Below, in pieces: positions 35,064 to 45,533 of a stretch of 64,000 nucleotides of DNA; positions within the stretch are counted from its first letter, which is position 1, and every line of letters begins with the position of its first letter. The position numbers and the translations under genes are program-made. The notes beneath the pieces were generated by a model. The model made no database searches. It was not told the origin of the DNA and saw only the letters and a list, made by a program, of their open reading frames with translations. The stretch comes from Minisyncoccia bacterium (GTDB taxonomy: Bacteria > Patescibacteriota > Minisyncoccia > 2-02-FULL-40-12 > IGHO2-01-FULL-4-A): NCBI GenBank assembly GCA_050015375.1, contig JBEKBN010000002.1, positions 8,339 through 72,338 of the forward strand, written 5' to 3'.

Positions 35064-35399
35064 ATGGCCAATATCATTGTTCGCCAGACGGAATATGGTT
35101 GTCCTTTGTGTTCGACAAATCACAGCTCTAGGTCAAAAGCCGAATCTTGCCGGGACAAACACGAACAGGTTTTAAAAGAAGTATTGCCGAAGTACGAGGT
35201 AGGCAAGCATGTAAAAGCGTATTATTTTAAAGATGTCCGTCGCGAAAGAGTAGTAACCGTTATTGTTAAAATCAGTGGTTCATTGTTCGAGATGCAATTA
35301 CTTCTCGAATCTGAAAACGGGGAACGTTGGTGGAACGAAGCCGTCGAGTACCAAACAATCAATCCTGAAAATTTCTATTGTCTCCCAGTAGTTGATTAG
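35064..35399 (+). CDS. Hypothetical protein with an N-terminal Cys cluster
   Basis: The SD aaggag sits 7 nt before ATG (MANIIVRQTEYGCPLC...). A bidirectional terminator lies at 35407-35440 (ccccgcg...cgcgggg plus a T-run). Confidence 0.5.
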   Translation: MANIIVRQTEYGCPLCSTNHSSRSKAESCRDKHEQVLKEVLPKYEVGKHVKAYYFKDVRRERVVTVIVKISGSLFEMQLLLESENGERWWNEAVEYQTINPENFYCLPVVD

Positions 35400-35434
35400 G
35401 TCAGAGCCCCGCGTGTACTAAATTCGCGGGGTTT

Positions 35435-36337
35435 TTATTTTAGCATCTTCAATCCTTCTTCCAGAGAAATCGTGGGTTTCCAGCCGAGGAGTTCTCGAGC
35501 TTTGGAATTATCGGCGAGGGTTCTGCGGGTTTCGCCGGGCCGAGCCGGAATATTAACTGCACCTGTTGGTTTTTTCGACAATCCCAGGATCATTTCAGCA
35601 ACTTTGTTGACGGAATAATTTTTGCCGGTGCCGATATTTATCAGTTCGCCTTGGCCGATTTTGTCGGACTTTGCCGCCAGGATATTGGCCCGGACGATAT
35701 CATTGATATGCGTAAAATCTCTCTCGCCCTTGCCGTCGCCGACAATGGTTAAGGATTTGCCGGCGCGGATTTGGTCAAGAAAAATTCCGATGACCGTGGC
35801 ATAAGCACCGGTTAAAAGTTGTCTCGAGCCGTAAACATTGAAATACCGCAAGGAAACGGTTTTAAGTCCGTAAAGATTTGAGAAGAGCCGGCATAACTCT
35901 TCGCCCACATATTTTGACAAAGAATAAGGGCTCTTGAATCGAGGCGACATTTTTTCATGAAGCGGCAAAGTTTGCTGGTCGCCATACGATGAAGACGAGG
36001 CGGAATAAATGACTCTTTTCACCTTGGCGTCGCGGGCGGCCAGTAAAACATTGAGCGTGCCTATAATATTATTATAAATAGTCGGCACTGGATCTTTTAT
36101 CGAGGGTTGGATTCTGGCGATCGCTGCTAAATGGAAAACCCAATCAATATTTTTGAAATATGGTTTTATCTTTTTCGGCTCGCAAATGTCGGCTCTGACA
36201 AATTTGGCTTTTCTATTGACCTGCGACTTTTTACCGGTAAAAAGATTATCAATCACTGTCACTTGGTGGCCTTCCGCGATCAGCGCGTCAACTAAATTCG
36301 AACCGATGAACCCGGCCCCGCCGGTGACCAAAACTTT
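35435..36337 (-). CDS. NAD-dependent epimerase/dehydratase (UDP-sugar 4-epimerase or decarboxylase family)
   Basis: The Rossmann motif is MKVLVTGGAGFIGSNL. YxxxK catalytic context is present. Confidence 0.8.
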   Translation of the reverse strand, partial: KVLVTGGAGFIGSNLVDALIAEGHQVTVIDNLFTGKKSQVNRKAKFVRADICEPKKIKPYFKNIDWVFHLAAIARIQPSIKDPVPTIYNNIIGTLNVLLAARDAKVKRVIYSASSSSYGDQQTLPLHEKMSPRFKSPYSLSKYVGEELCRLFSNLYGLKTVSLRYFNVYGSRQLLTGAYATVIGIFLDQIRAGKSLTIVGDGKGERDFTHINDIVRANILAAKSDKIGQGELINIGTGKNYSVNKVAEMILGLSKKPTGAVNIPARPGETRRTLADNSKARELLGWKPTISLEEGLKMLK

Positions 36338-36450
36338 CATCTCTTTTGCTTTATTTTTCACAAGTTCTAATCTATCACAATATTGCCATATCGTCCAAAA
36401 CAAATCCGAATAACCAGATCGCCGGAAACTTTTATTAAAAAAACCGGTTT

Positions 36451-37212
36451 TTAATTCCGGCTTGTTTCATTGGAAATTGCTAACAAATGCCATGCGTTTT
36501 CGTATTGCCAAAAATCAATGGCGGGTTCGTTGTTATTATATACCGGCCGTTTAATAATTGGTAGATAGAACCTCTTTTCGGCTTGACCTGGTTTGAACTG
36601 ATCCAGCAAGACCGAAGTCGGGACTACAAATGCGGTTTTGCTGAAACCGATGCTACTTAAACTAATTATCAAAAAATCTTCCTCTTTCAATGTCTTAAGT
36701 TGGGTGGTAAGTCGGCCATAAACATTAGTACAATCCTTGCGTGTAGGAAATGCTCCATTTATAACTCGGATGGAACAAATCCTTCCGTTGATTTGTAAAG
36801 AACGGCGTTTGAGTCCAGCTACAGAGCCCTTTCGTCTTCTGATAGGGATTAATTTTATTTCGTAGTTATACGGGCTGACTCTCGTGATAATATCCTTTTG
36901 AACATCGCTCAACATTTCCGCTGATGATTCCTCAATTCTAGAATACCATTTTTTAATTGCGCACATCCTTTGTCTCGTATGGCCATCGGGGCGACGTGGA
37001 ATCAGTTCGGCAAAATACTTCATGTATATTTGGCGTATATTTTCCCATGTAACACCGGTCATTTCACCGATATCGGTAAAAGTGAGACAATCTTGTCTAA
37101 ACCATGCCAGCCATTGTTCAAAAGGATAACGATCCAAAACCGAACCCTTGTTGTGGCGAGAGAAGCGTTTTATCGCATCTCGTAGAACCAGACAATCTAC
37201 CATTATCGGCAT
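36451..37212 (-). CDS. Hypothetical protein
   Basis: The 253-aa ORF has no recognisable family. Confidence 0.45.
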   Translation of the reverse strand: MPIMVDCLVLRDAIKRFSRHNKGSVLDRYPFEQWLAWFRQDCLTFTDIGEMTGVTWENIRQIYMKYFAELIPRRPDGHTRQRMCAIKKWYSRIEESSAEMLSDVQKDIITRVSPYNYEIKLIPIRRRKGSVAGLKRRSLQINGRICSIRVINGAFPTRKDCTNVYGRLTTQLKTLKEEDFLIISLSSIGFSKTAFVVPTSVLLDQFKPGQAEKRFYLPIIKRPVYNNNEPAIDFWQYENAWHLLAISNETSRN

Positions 37213-37295
37213 GAATTCTCCCTTTTTTCAAATTTTAATGAACGAAACGGGCTTTGGTGATACTTTAACACACCAGCGCGATTAATCAAGCCCAG

Positions 37296-39101
37296 TTACA
37301 AATTCAAAAGAGCGGCGGCTGGCTGGTATGATCTTTGTTCATTTGAATTGATGAGAAAAACTGAATTGAAATCGCCGCCTTCGGAGATAAAATCGGCGCC
37401 AGAAATATTCAGCCAATGAAGAGTCGCCGTGTCGCCGCTGGTCTGAACAAGCCGGTAAACTTTACCGTCTTTAGTTTCGCCGTTGGTGAAAAACCAGGAA
37501 GTGATGAACGCGTCGCGAACCGACGGCGCTACAACTTTCACCGCCGAAAAGCATCCCTGGCCCAAATGACCATACATCAAACAAATCGCCGGATTGAGAA
37601 TCAATCTTTTGTATCCGAAATCGTTGATGATATAAACATCAATATCGCCGACTGCCCGGATAAAATCCCCCTCGTGCAAACCAAAGTCAGAAGGTTTGAC
37701 AAAAGGCACGATCGGAGGAGCCGGGGTCATAGTTGGGATCGGGGTTGGAGTCGCAACCGGCATATTTAATTCCCGGTCAACTGTAAACGCGAAAGCGACG
37801 GCCGGCTCATCCGCGCTGAAACCGGAGATCTTGTCTTTTTTGAACGGCATCAAGACCACCCGCGTAATATCCGCGCCGATACCGGAAAGATATAAAATAT
37901 TAATCGCGTCGGTCGGCTCAAAAATCTTGTTCTCGATCGTGCCGTCAGTTTTGTAAACCAAATACGGGACCTGGAAGCTGGTCAGCGACGGTGACGAAAA
38001 AGAAATTTTCAAGATCGGGTTCTGGCCGGGCGCGAAATTGGAAATATCATACCAGCGGGCTTGCCAGTCCTTCAGTGAATCGCCGACTGCCAAGGTGACA
38101 TTGTCGCCCAGATTATTCAGGACCTTCGTTGACGAGACCCTGAAATTTTGAAGTTCCGGCCGTAGATAGCCGAATTTCAGATCAAGCGTTGAATTGTTCA
38201 AGAAATTGGCGATGGTCCAGTCGCGGAAAACATCAGCAAAATTTTCAGGAAATCCATTTTTTGCCAAAGCCGAATTGATGCTCGGGATACCGATCGCATC
38301 GCTCTTGAGTGAATCCGCCAAAATTGCGTTCGTCCAATGTTCGGATAAATATTCGCCGAAAAGAGCGATTTCGCCGTAGTCATAGGAAAGGTTTTTCCAC
38401 TCGGTTAAACTGTCGGAAGGATCGGAAAGAAAAGTTTGCAGCCGTTTCTCCAGATTTGAACCTGAATAAATATCATTGTAGCCGGTGAGGGTAATAGCGT
38501 ATTCGGAGCGGGTTTCATTAAGCCAGGTGTCGTCTTCAACCTGACGCAAAAGATCCTTTTGATTGAAGGCGATCAGATGCTGGAACTCATGAGCCAAAAA
38601 AGAATCCATTTTTAGCGAGTCCGAAAGCATGGTTGAATTGAGATAGAACATTTCCCTCTGGTTGGAGATCGGATTTATATCGGATTTGGGATAGCAATCG
38701 TTGGTATTGAAATATCCGCCGGCATTTTCGATCAAAGGTAAAAATAAGATCGTGATCTTGGAATCGTTGTCAATGCCCGGGTTTGGTTCTGAACCGAAGA
38801 TCTGGGTTTCAACGGGATAAATTTTATTATCGAACTGACCCAGCACGGCGATGATCTCGTTCAAAACTATTTTTTGGTCGGCAGAATTCAAACTATTCCA
38901 AAATCCATCATCAACATAGCCGTAAGCCCGATTTGAAACATATTTCAGTGTAGCACCGGTGTTGATTCTGGCTTGAGCGTCATAATTTTTATCGACAAAA
39001 AATGTCTGGTTTTGACCGGTAGCGTCGGCTTTGGCCGAACCGACAAGACCTAGACCGAAGATAGAAATAAAACCGATAACCGTTAAAAATCTTTTCAGCA
39101 T
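37296..39101 (-). CDS. Secreted protein with an HExxH motif (putative zinc metallopeptidase)
   Basis: The signal peptide is MLKRFLTVIGFISIFGLGLVGSAKA. FLAHEFQHLIAF is present. Confidence 0.5.
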   Translation of the reverse strand: MLKRFLTVIGFISIFGLGLVGSAKADATGQNQTFFVDKNYDAQARINTGATLKYVSNRAYGYVDDGFWNSLNSADQKIVLNEIIAVLGQFDNKIYPVETQIFGSEPNPGIDNDSKITILFLPLIENAGGYFNTNDCYPKSDINPISNQREMFYLNSTMLSDSLKMDSFLAHEFQHLIAFNQKDLLRQVEDDTWLNETRSEYAITLTGYNDIYSGSNLEKRLQTFLSDPSDSLTEWKNLSYDYGEIALFGEYLSEHWTNAILADSLKSDAIGIPSINSALAKNGFPENFADVFRDWTIANFLNNSTLDLKFGYLRPELQNFRVSSTKVLNNLGDNVTLAVGDSLKDWQARWYDISNFAPGQNPILKISFSSPSLTSFQVPYLVYKTDGTIENKIFEPTDAINILYLSGIGADITRVVLMPFKKDKISGFSADEPAVAFAFTVDRELNMPVATPTPIPTMTPAPPIVPFVKPSDFGLHEGDFIRAVGDIDVYIINDFGYKRLILNPAICLMYGHLGQGCFSAVKVVAPSVRDAFITSWFFTNGETKDGKVYRLVQTSGDTATLHWLNISGADFISEGGDFNSVFLINSNEQRSYQPAAALLNL

Positions 39102-39261
39102 CTCTTTATTGTATATGAACAGCGCGAAATTGCAAAAAGTTGGACATATCCTCTTTTTTGTTGTATTATTATAGGAAATGAGTCCCGTTAGAAGTCACCC
39201 TAGCGGGTCCGCAAATTATACTTAATTATATAGTCAATCTGTCGCAGGTTGTATAACTTAT

Positions 39262-40683
39262 GTGATTAACTGTGCAGCAGTGACTTCTAACGGGATGAGA
39301 AGGCAAACACTTTTTTGGGGAGATGTCATAATCCTCTATCTATCGCTGTTTTTGGCGCTTTTTATCCGTTACGGAGCCGACCCGCGCTATGTCCTCCTGC
39401 TACGAGCCCACCTCGTTCCGTTTTCCATAATTTTTGCGGTTTGGCTTTTAGTTTTCTATATCGCCAACTTGTACGAGATCCGGTCAGCGAAAAATAATTA
39501 TGAGTTTTATTCGACCCTGACCTACTCTTTTTTGACCAACGCTCTTTTTTCGATCCTCTTCTTTTATTTCATCCATTTCTTCAATATCACGCCTAAAACC
39601 AATCTTTTTATTTTTCTGGTTGTCTCCGGAATTTTACTCGGCTCCTGGCGATATTATTTCAACCGTTTGTCGGCAAGAAATACTTTTAACAACAACGCTC
39701 TGTTTTTGGGTTTGAGCCCCCAGTCACAACAAATTTACGATCATCTTCTGGCCAATCCGCAGCTCGGCTACAATGCTCTGGGCATCATTGACACCGCCCA
39801 TTATTCAGCGCCAGAGATCTTGGAAAAAATTATCGCCGAGAAAGATGTCAAAACCCTGATCCTCGGACCCGAGGCCTATTTGGTGCCGCGAATCATAAAT
39901 ATATTATATAAATTCGTTGGCAAGGGAATGGTTTTTTACAACCTTTCATATTTTTATGAAATGGCTACCGGCAAGGTGCCTTTGGGAGCCATCGATCAGG
40001 CCTGGTTTCTTGCCAACCTTTCCGAAAACAGCAAGCGCGCCTATGAAGTCGGAAAAAGAGTTTTTGATATTATTTTCGCGGTTATCATCGGTTTAGTCTT
40101 CGTCGTGTTCCTTCCATTCATTATCTTGGCGATCAAACTTGATTCACCCGGTCCGATCTTCTACAAGCAAAAAAGGATCGGCCGTTCGGGAAAGATCTTC
40201 ACTTTGATAAAATTGCGGACGATGGACCACGATGTCGAGAAAAAAACCGGTCCGGTTTGGGCTTCAGCCAATGATTCGAGACGGACGCGGGTCGGCCGGT
40301 TCTTGCGAAGGACCAGGATCGACGAAGCGCCCCAGATCTGGAATATTATCAGGGGTGATATGTCGTTCGTCGGCCCGCGGCCAGAGCGCCCGGAATTTCA
40401 TAGCAAACTCCAAGAAGACGTTCCGTTCTATGAAGAGCGGTGCTTGATAAAACCGGGGCTGACCGGCTGGGCTCAAATAAATTACAAATTGGATTTCAAG
40501 GACGGCATGACCGTTCGGGATACTTTTGAGAAGGTCCAGCACGATCTTTATTATATAAAAAACCGGACGCTCCTTTTGGACGCCGGCATAATTCTCAAAA
40601 CCATAAACATCATCCTTCAAAAACTTTTCAGCAAGACCAAAAAATTCATCACCGACCAGCCGACATCACCACTGTCTTCCTAA
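39262..40683 (+). CDS. Polyprenyl-phosphate sugar-1-phosphate transferase (bacterial sugar transferase family, WbaP/PssY-like)
   Basis: The N-terminal region is polytopic. The C-terminal Bac_transf motifs are KRVFDIIFA..., ...PGPIFYKQKRIG, and PQIWNIIRGDMSFVGPRPE. Confidence 0.8.
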   Translation: MINCAAVTSNGMRRQTLFWGDVIILYLSLFLALFIRYGADPRYVLLLRAHLVPFSIIFAVWLLVFYIANLYEIRSAKNNYEFYSTLTYSFLTNALFSILFFYFIHFFNITPKTNLFIFLVVSGILLGSWRYYFNRLSARNTFNNNALFLGLSPQSQQIYDHLLANPQLGYNALGIIDTAHYSAPEILEKIIAEKDVKTLILGPEAYLVPRIINILYKFVGKGMVFYNLSYFYEMATGKVPLGAIDQAWFLANLSENSKRAYEVGKRVFDIIFAVIIGLVFVVFLPFIILAIKLDSPGPIFYKQKRIGRSGKIFTLIKLRTMDHDVEKKTGPVWASANDSRRTRVGRFLRRTRIDEAPQIWNIIRGDMSFVGPRPERPEFHSKLQEDVPFYEERCLIKPGLTGWAQINYKLDFKDGMTVRDTFEKVQHDLYYIKNRTLLLDAGIILKTINIILQKLFSKTKKFITDQPTSPLSS

Positions 40684-43026
40684 ACTCTGGACAAATTTTT
40701 GAGCTTCTGGCTGAAATGTCGCGTCCAATTGCGCCGCTATGTGAGCTTGCTCGACAGCCGCGTCGATCTGTCCCAGTTGCGCTAAGACCACGGCATAAGA
40801 AGCGTGATATTGAGGATTATTTGGCGCGACCTTGACCAGATTCATGTAAATATCGTCGAGGTTTTGATAATCTTTCAATTTCAAATAAACAGTGACGAGA
40901 TGAACTAGATTCGATTCATCGCTCTTGTAATCATAACCGCGTTGATAGGCCAGCCCGATATTTTTTAATCCATTAGTTGTATCACCGGAATCAATTTGAG
41001 TTATGCCCAGATACCACCAGGAAAGACCGACGGTCGGATTGAGATCTGCGGCTTGCTGGAAATAAACTATGGCATCCTTCTCGTCGCCTTTGTTGAGATA
41101 ACCCTGGGCGACCTCGAAATAAGTTCTGACGAATTTGGGCGCGATCTTGAGCGCGGCCAGCGAATTGTCCAAAGCCATGTCATTGTAGGGCGAAGTCGGA
41201 GTACCCGAGCCCAGCGTAATATATATACGGCTTAAATACAAATACGGCAGATAATCATCCGGAAACTGCTGGATGTTCTTTTTTTCATAATCGGCGGCCA
41301 CCAAAAAGGCCTGGGTAAAGGTGTCATCAAGTTTTTTTCCAGAAACATCCTGAAGCAAGTCCTGGGCGAATCGATTGCGTATTTCGTACTTGCCCAGAAC
41401 ATCATACTTCAGCGCGGCTTCATATTGAACGATGGCATCGCTAAACTGGCCGCTCCAGCCGAGCACAATCGCCCGGGTAGTCGTGTAATTGGCAATTGCC
41501 GGCAGAATATTAGTGTCATAGATCAAGACCCAGGTCGGCACAATGAGAATTATGCCGACAATATAGGCCAGCGTGCTCGAACCATTTTGTTTTATCAGTT
41601 GCTTTCGATTGTCATGCTGAACCGGCACCGTTTGGATTGGAGGCAGAGAAAAGAAATTGATCAAACCCAAAATTAAAAAGAAAACCAGATAATTGGCCGA
41701 CGTATCAAAAATGAAAGAATTGTGGATCATATAGGCGATCAGGGTGGTAATCAAACCGATTTTCAGAATATTCAATCCTTTCTGTTCTTTGGGGTCACCG
41801 GACTTGAATTTACCGGTGGCTTTGAAAGCGAAAAAGAAGATTAAAATGTATGTCATAAAACCGACGATGCCCATCGTGAAAAGAACCTCAAGGAATTGAT
41901 TATGGGCACGGTCGAAAAGCGTTTCTGAACCCGGGCCATTGTAAAATTTCGGATTGAAATGAATCGAAAACGGAATGTCAAAATTTTCCGGGCCATAACC
42001 GACAATCACCGAGCGAGCGGAGTCAACGAAACCTTCGAAGCCGGCGGTCCAAGCCCAAAATCGAGTTTGGACCGTTGTTGAATTGATGGAAAGATCCGAA
42101 TATCTGTCCAGATATGAATTATTTCTGACAAAGCTCGTATTTCTAGCGGCAAGTAAAATTCCTGTCCCCAAAATTATAAGTCCCAGAAATGCCAAGGAGT
42201 AATTCTTGACTTTTTTCAAACCCAGCTCTACCGACAACCATAACCCGAAAATAATTATACCGGCGACTAAGGCGATAACTGAACCTCTGACTCCGGCTAA
42301 AAAGACGGCGATCGAGTTTAAAACAAATACTAAATAATAAAATTTCCGCCAAGCCGGGGAAATTGTCACTCGAGACAGAGTCAGCGCCAAAAATCCGCAA
42401 ACGATCATATAGCCGGCAAATAGCGCCGAATTTCCGATGGTCCCGAATATTTTTACACGGCTTCCCGAACCGATTATCCAGGTCCAGGAGGTCTTTTGCA
42501 AAAATCCGTAAAATGCCGAGCCCAAGCTGGCAATCAAAAATAGGTTAACTAGATTTATCCACTCCTTTTTTTTCCTGAAAATCGCCGACAAGATTATGAA
42601 GAAAGCCCAGAAATGAAGCATGCTGAAAAAACCGCCCATTCTTTCAAGGGTGCCCCAGAAACTTTGAAAAAAACTGACGCTGGTGAAAGTGGTTAAGCCA
42701 TACGCGGCGGTGAAACCGGTGATGGCCCAGAATAATTTGGTCCGTGGCGGCAAATATGACCTGTCTTTGATGATAAGGACAATGTAGAGCAGGACCATTA
42801 TCTCCACTGCCGAACGAAAAATTACGACCTTTCCAAAATGGAACGGCGAAATGAAATCATTAAAAATTATCAGCGGCATGAAAGCCGATAAATAAACAAA
42901 ATACCGTAGTATTTTTGCCAGCATTGGCTCCGCTGTCGGAAGTATTTTTTTATTCTGGCTATTGTTCATAATATAAATCATACGAAATAAAACAAATAAA
43001 AGCAACTGCCATTTTTGATGTTCCAT
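40666..43026 (-). CDS. O-antigen ligase/polymerase-like membrane protein (Wzy_C-type) with a C-terminal TPR domain
   Basis: The protein is 786 aa with more than 10 TM segments. It has a Wzy_C-like loop. TPR-like repeats run over the last ~250 aa. Confidence 0.65.
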   Translation of the reverse strand: MEHQKWQLLLFVLFRMIYIMNNSQNKKILPTAEPMLAKILRYFVYLSAFMPLIIFNDFISPFHFGKVVIFRSAVEIMVLLYIVLIIKDRSYLPPRTKLFWAITGFTAAYGLTTFTSVSFFQSFWGTLERMGGFFSMLHFWAFFIILSAIFRKKKEWINLVNLFLIASLGSAFYGFLQKTSWTWIIGSGSRVKIFGTIGNSALFAGYMIVCGFLALTLSRVTISPAWRKFYYLVFVLNSIAVFLAGVRGSVIALVAGIIIFGLWLSVELGLKKVKNYSLAFLGLIILGTGILLAARNTSFVRNNSYLDRYSDLSINSTTVQTRFWAWTAGFEGFVDSARSVIVGYGPENFDIPFSIHFNPKFYNGPGSETLFDRAHNQFLEVLFTMGIVGFMTYILIFFFAFKATGKFKSGDPKEQKGLNILKIGLITTLIAYMIHNSFIFDTSANYLVFFLILGLINFFSLPPIQTVPVQHDNRKQLIKQNGSSTLAYIVGIILIVPTWVLIYDTNILPAIANYTTTRAIVLGWSGQFSDAIVQYEAALKYDVLGKYEIRNRFAQDLLQDVSGKKLDDTFTQAFLVAADYEKKNIQQFPDDYLPYLYLSRIYITLGSGTPTSPYNDMALDNSLAALKIAPKFVRTYFEVAQGYLNKGDEKDAIVYFQQAADLNPTVGLSWWYLGITQIDSGDTTNGLKNIGLAYQRGYDYKSDESNLVHLVTVYLKLKDYQNLDDIYMNLVKVAPNNPQYHASYAVVLAQLGQIDAAVEQAHIAAQLDATFQPEAQKFVQSLGRQW

Positions 43027-43117
43027 TTATAGCTTGCCAAATCAAATATATTAGGGTAGTATCCGCATGGGACAGCATTAAAATCTCGAACATTAACAAT
43101 TCCTGTGAGAGGGTGAA

Positions 43118-44512
43118 ATGAAAATTTTGCTGATTGCCTACGACAACGAATCCCACATCTCCCTTTTCCCATTGGGGCTTGCGTATATCGCTTCAGCGTG
43201 CAGAAACGCGGGCCATAAAGTTACTATTTACAATCAGGATATCTATCATTGGCCTGAAACGCATCTGACTGATTACCTCGATGCCAACCACTTTGATGTG
43301 GTCGGTTTGGGCGTAATCGGAGGTTATTACCAGTATAGAAAATTGCTAGCAATATCTGAGGCAATCGGCAAAACCTCTAGAAAACCGTTTTTTGTGATAG
43401 GAGGCCATGGGCCATCGCCGGAACCGGAATTCTTTTTGCGTAAAACGAGAGCGGATGCGGTTGTCATCGGCGAGGGAGAGGTAACGATAACGGAATTGCT
43501 GGCAAGATTGGAAAATGGAAATGATTTATCCTCCATTAATGGTATCGCTTATTTTGACAAGGATTCTGGTAAATTTATTCAGACTCCGCGGCGTTCTCTT
43601 ATTATGGGCATGAACAGTATTCCCCTTCCAGCCTGGGATCTTTTCCCTATGGAGCATTATGCTCTGTACAGAATGCCAAATATACGCAATACCGAGAGGT
43701 TTATGGTTTTGCTGTCCGGCAGGGGTTGCGATTTCAAATGCAATTTTTGTTATCGGATGGACAAAGGCCTAAGGATCAGATCTTCTGAGAGCATCATTGA
43801 AGAAATAAAGATCCTTCAAAAAAAATATGGGGTATCGTATTTCTTATTCTTTGACGAATTGCTCATGAATTCCGTGGATCGGATAGTTGAGCTTTGCGAA
43901 AGCTTTCAGAAAGCAAAATTGAACATCAAATGGTGCTGTAATGGAAGACTCAATTACGCGAAACCGGAAATGTTGGGCTTAATGAAACAAACAGGATGCG
44001 TTTTTATCAATTACGGCATCGAATCTCTTGACGACGAGATGCTCAGGATAATGAAAAAAGTACTCACTGTTAAACAAATAATTGCCGGCGTTGAAGCAAC
44101 GATCGCGGCCGGAATAAGCCCAGGTTTGAACATCATATTCGGAAATATCGGGGAAACGGCGGAAATTCTTCAAAGGGGAGTCGAGTTCTTACTGAAATAT
44201 GACGACCACGCCCAGATGAGGACTATTCGGCCGGTCACTCCATATCCGGGTTCATATCTGTACTATTATGCCATTAAGAATGGGCTTCTGAAGGGTCCAG
44301 AAGATTTCTACGAGATCAAACACGTAAACTCAGACCTGCTTTCAGTAAATTTCACTCAAATGAGCGACGAAGTATTCCATCGGCTTTTACTAGATGCGAA
44401 TACTACTTTAATGAACAGGTATTTTTCAGGGCAACAGAGTAAATCCGCGGAAATTGCGAGGAAATTGTACATTGAAAAGGATCCAAAATTCAGAGGGTTC
44501 AGAACAGTTTAA
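43118..44512 (+). CDS. B12-binding radical SAM enzyme (class B)
   Basis: There is an N-terminal B12-binding Rossmann region. The CxxxCxxC motif is CDFKCNFCY. Confidence 0.8.
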   Translation: MKILLIAYDNESHISLFPLGLAYIASACRNAGHKVTIYNQDIYHWPETHLTDYLDANHFDVVGLGVIGGYYQYRKLLAISEAIGKTSRKPFFVIGGHGPSPEPEFFLRKTRADAVVIGEGEVTITELLARLENGNDLSSINGIAYFDKDSGKFIQTPRRSLIMGMNSIPLPAWDLFPMEHYALYRMPNIRNTERFMVLLSGRGCDFKCNFCYRMDKGLRIRSSESIIEEIKILQKKYGVSYFLFFDELLMNSVDRIVELCESFQKAKLNIKWCCNGRLNYAKPEMLGLMKQTGCVFINYGIESLDDEMLRIMKKVLTVKQIIAGVEATIAAGISPGLNIIFGNIGETAEILQRGVEFLLKYDDHAQMRTIRPVTPYPGSYLYYYAIKNGLLKGPEDFYEIKHVNSDLLSVNFTQMSDEVFHRLLLDANTTLMNRYFSGQQSKSAEIARKLYIEKDPKFRGFRTV

Positions 44513-44537
44513 ATAAATCCGACTTAACGTCGGATTT

Positions 44538-45533
44538 TTAAATAATTTTGGAAATCTCTTTGGGTTTTTGATGTTTATCCGAGGAATATTTTTTATCTCC
44601 GGTGATATCTTTAAATCCCTTGTAATCGAAAACATCCTGTTTAAGATTGTTGATATTGGCCGATGGCACCAGAATGAACATTTCATCATTGGCAACAATT
44701 CTCTTAGCCGGGTCACTCCCTCCCAGAAGGTCTTCATGAATTTTTTCTCCGGCTCGGTTGCCTATCTCTTTTATTCTTATTTTTTTTCCGGGGAAATGTT
44801 TTGAAATGAAAAGGCCCGCCAAATCATCAATCCTAATCGAGGGCATTTTAAGAATAAAAATCTCTCCTCCTTTGGCCAATTCGGCCGCTTTTAGGGTCAA
44901 ACCGACGGCCTGCTTGGTCGACATCAGAAATCTGGTCATGTCCTTATTTGTCATGTTAATTTCCCCACTTTTTTCCGCTTGTTTTTTCCAAACTTGTAAA
45001 ACGGATCCGTCCGACCAGCTGACATTGCCAAACCTGACACAAGAAAATTTCGTTCCTTCCGGAGGAGTAAAATAGTTAGTATTGATGAACAATTTTTCCA
45101 TCATGAGCTTTGAAACGCCCATAACGCTGCAGGGGTCCGCCGCTTTATCCGTTGAAATTCCTATCACTTTATTTACGCTGTTGTTCAACGCCGAATCTAT
45201 CACATTCTGCGAGCCGATAATATTGGTCTTGACGGCTTCGTTCGGATTATATTCGCAAAAGGGCACATGCTTTAAAGCCGCGGCGTGAAAAACTATATTT
45301 ACGCCCTTCATGGCAAAAGAAAGCCGCTCGCGATCTCGCACGTCGCCGATCAGCGCTCGAACATTTTGGGGATGTCCCAGTTTTTCGAGAAGATAATATT
45401 GCCGACTTTCATTTCGGGAATAAACTCTAATTTGTTTCGGTTTAAATTTAAGGAGCTGAAGCGTTAATTCTCCTCCGATCGTGCCTGTTCCCCCGGTAAT
45501 TAAAATGGTTTTATTTTTAAATTGATTTACCAT
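44538..45533 (-). CDS. UDP-GlcNAc 4,6-dehydratase family (PseB/CapD-like)
   Basis: ILITGGTGTIGGEL, with a short-chain dehydrogenase extended fold. It lies adjacent to a DegT aminotransferase. Confidence 0.7.
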   Translation of the reverse strand: MVNQFKNKTILITGGTGTIGGELTLQLLKFKPKQIRVYSRNESRQYYLLEKLGHPQNVRALIGDVRDRERLSFAMKGVNIVFHAAALKHVPFCEYNPNEAVKTNIIGSQNVIDSALNNSVNKVIGISTDKAADPCSVMGVSKLMMEKLFINTNYFTPPEGTKFSCVRFGNVSWSDGSVLQVWKKQAEKSGEINMTNKDMTRFLMSTKQAVGLTLKAAELAKGGEIFILKMPSIRIDDLAGLFISKHFPGKKIRIKEIGNRAGEKIHEDLLGGSDPAKRIVANDEMFILVPSANINNLKQDVFDYKGFKDITGDKKYSSDKHQKPKEISKII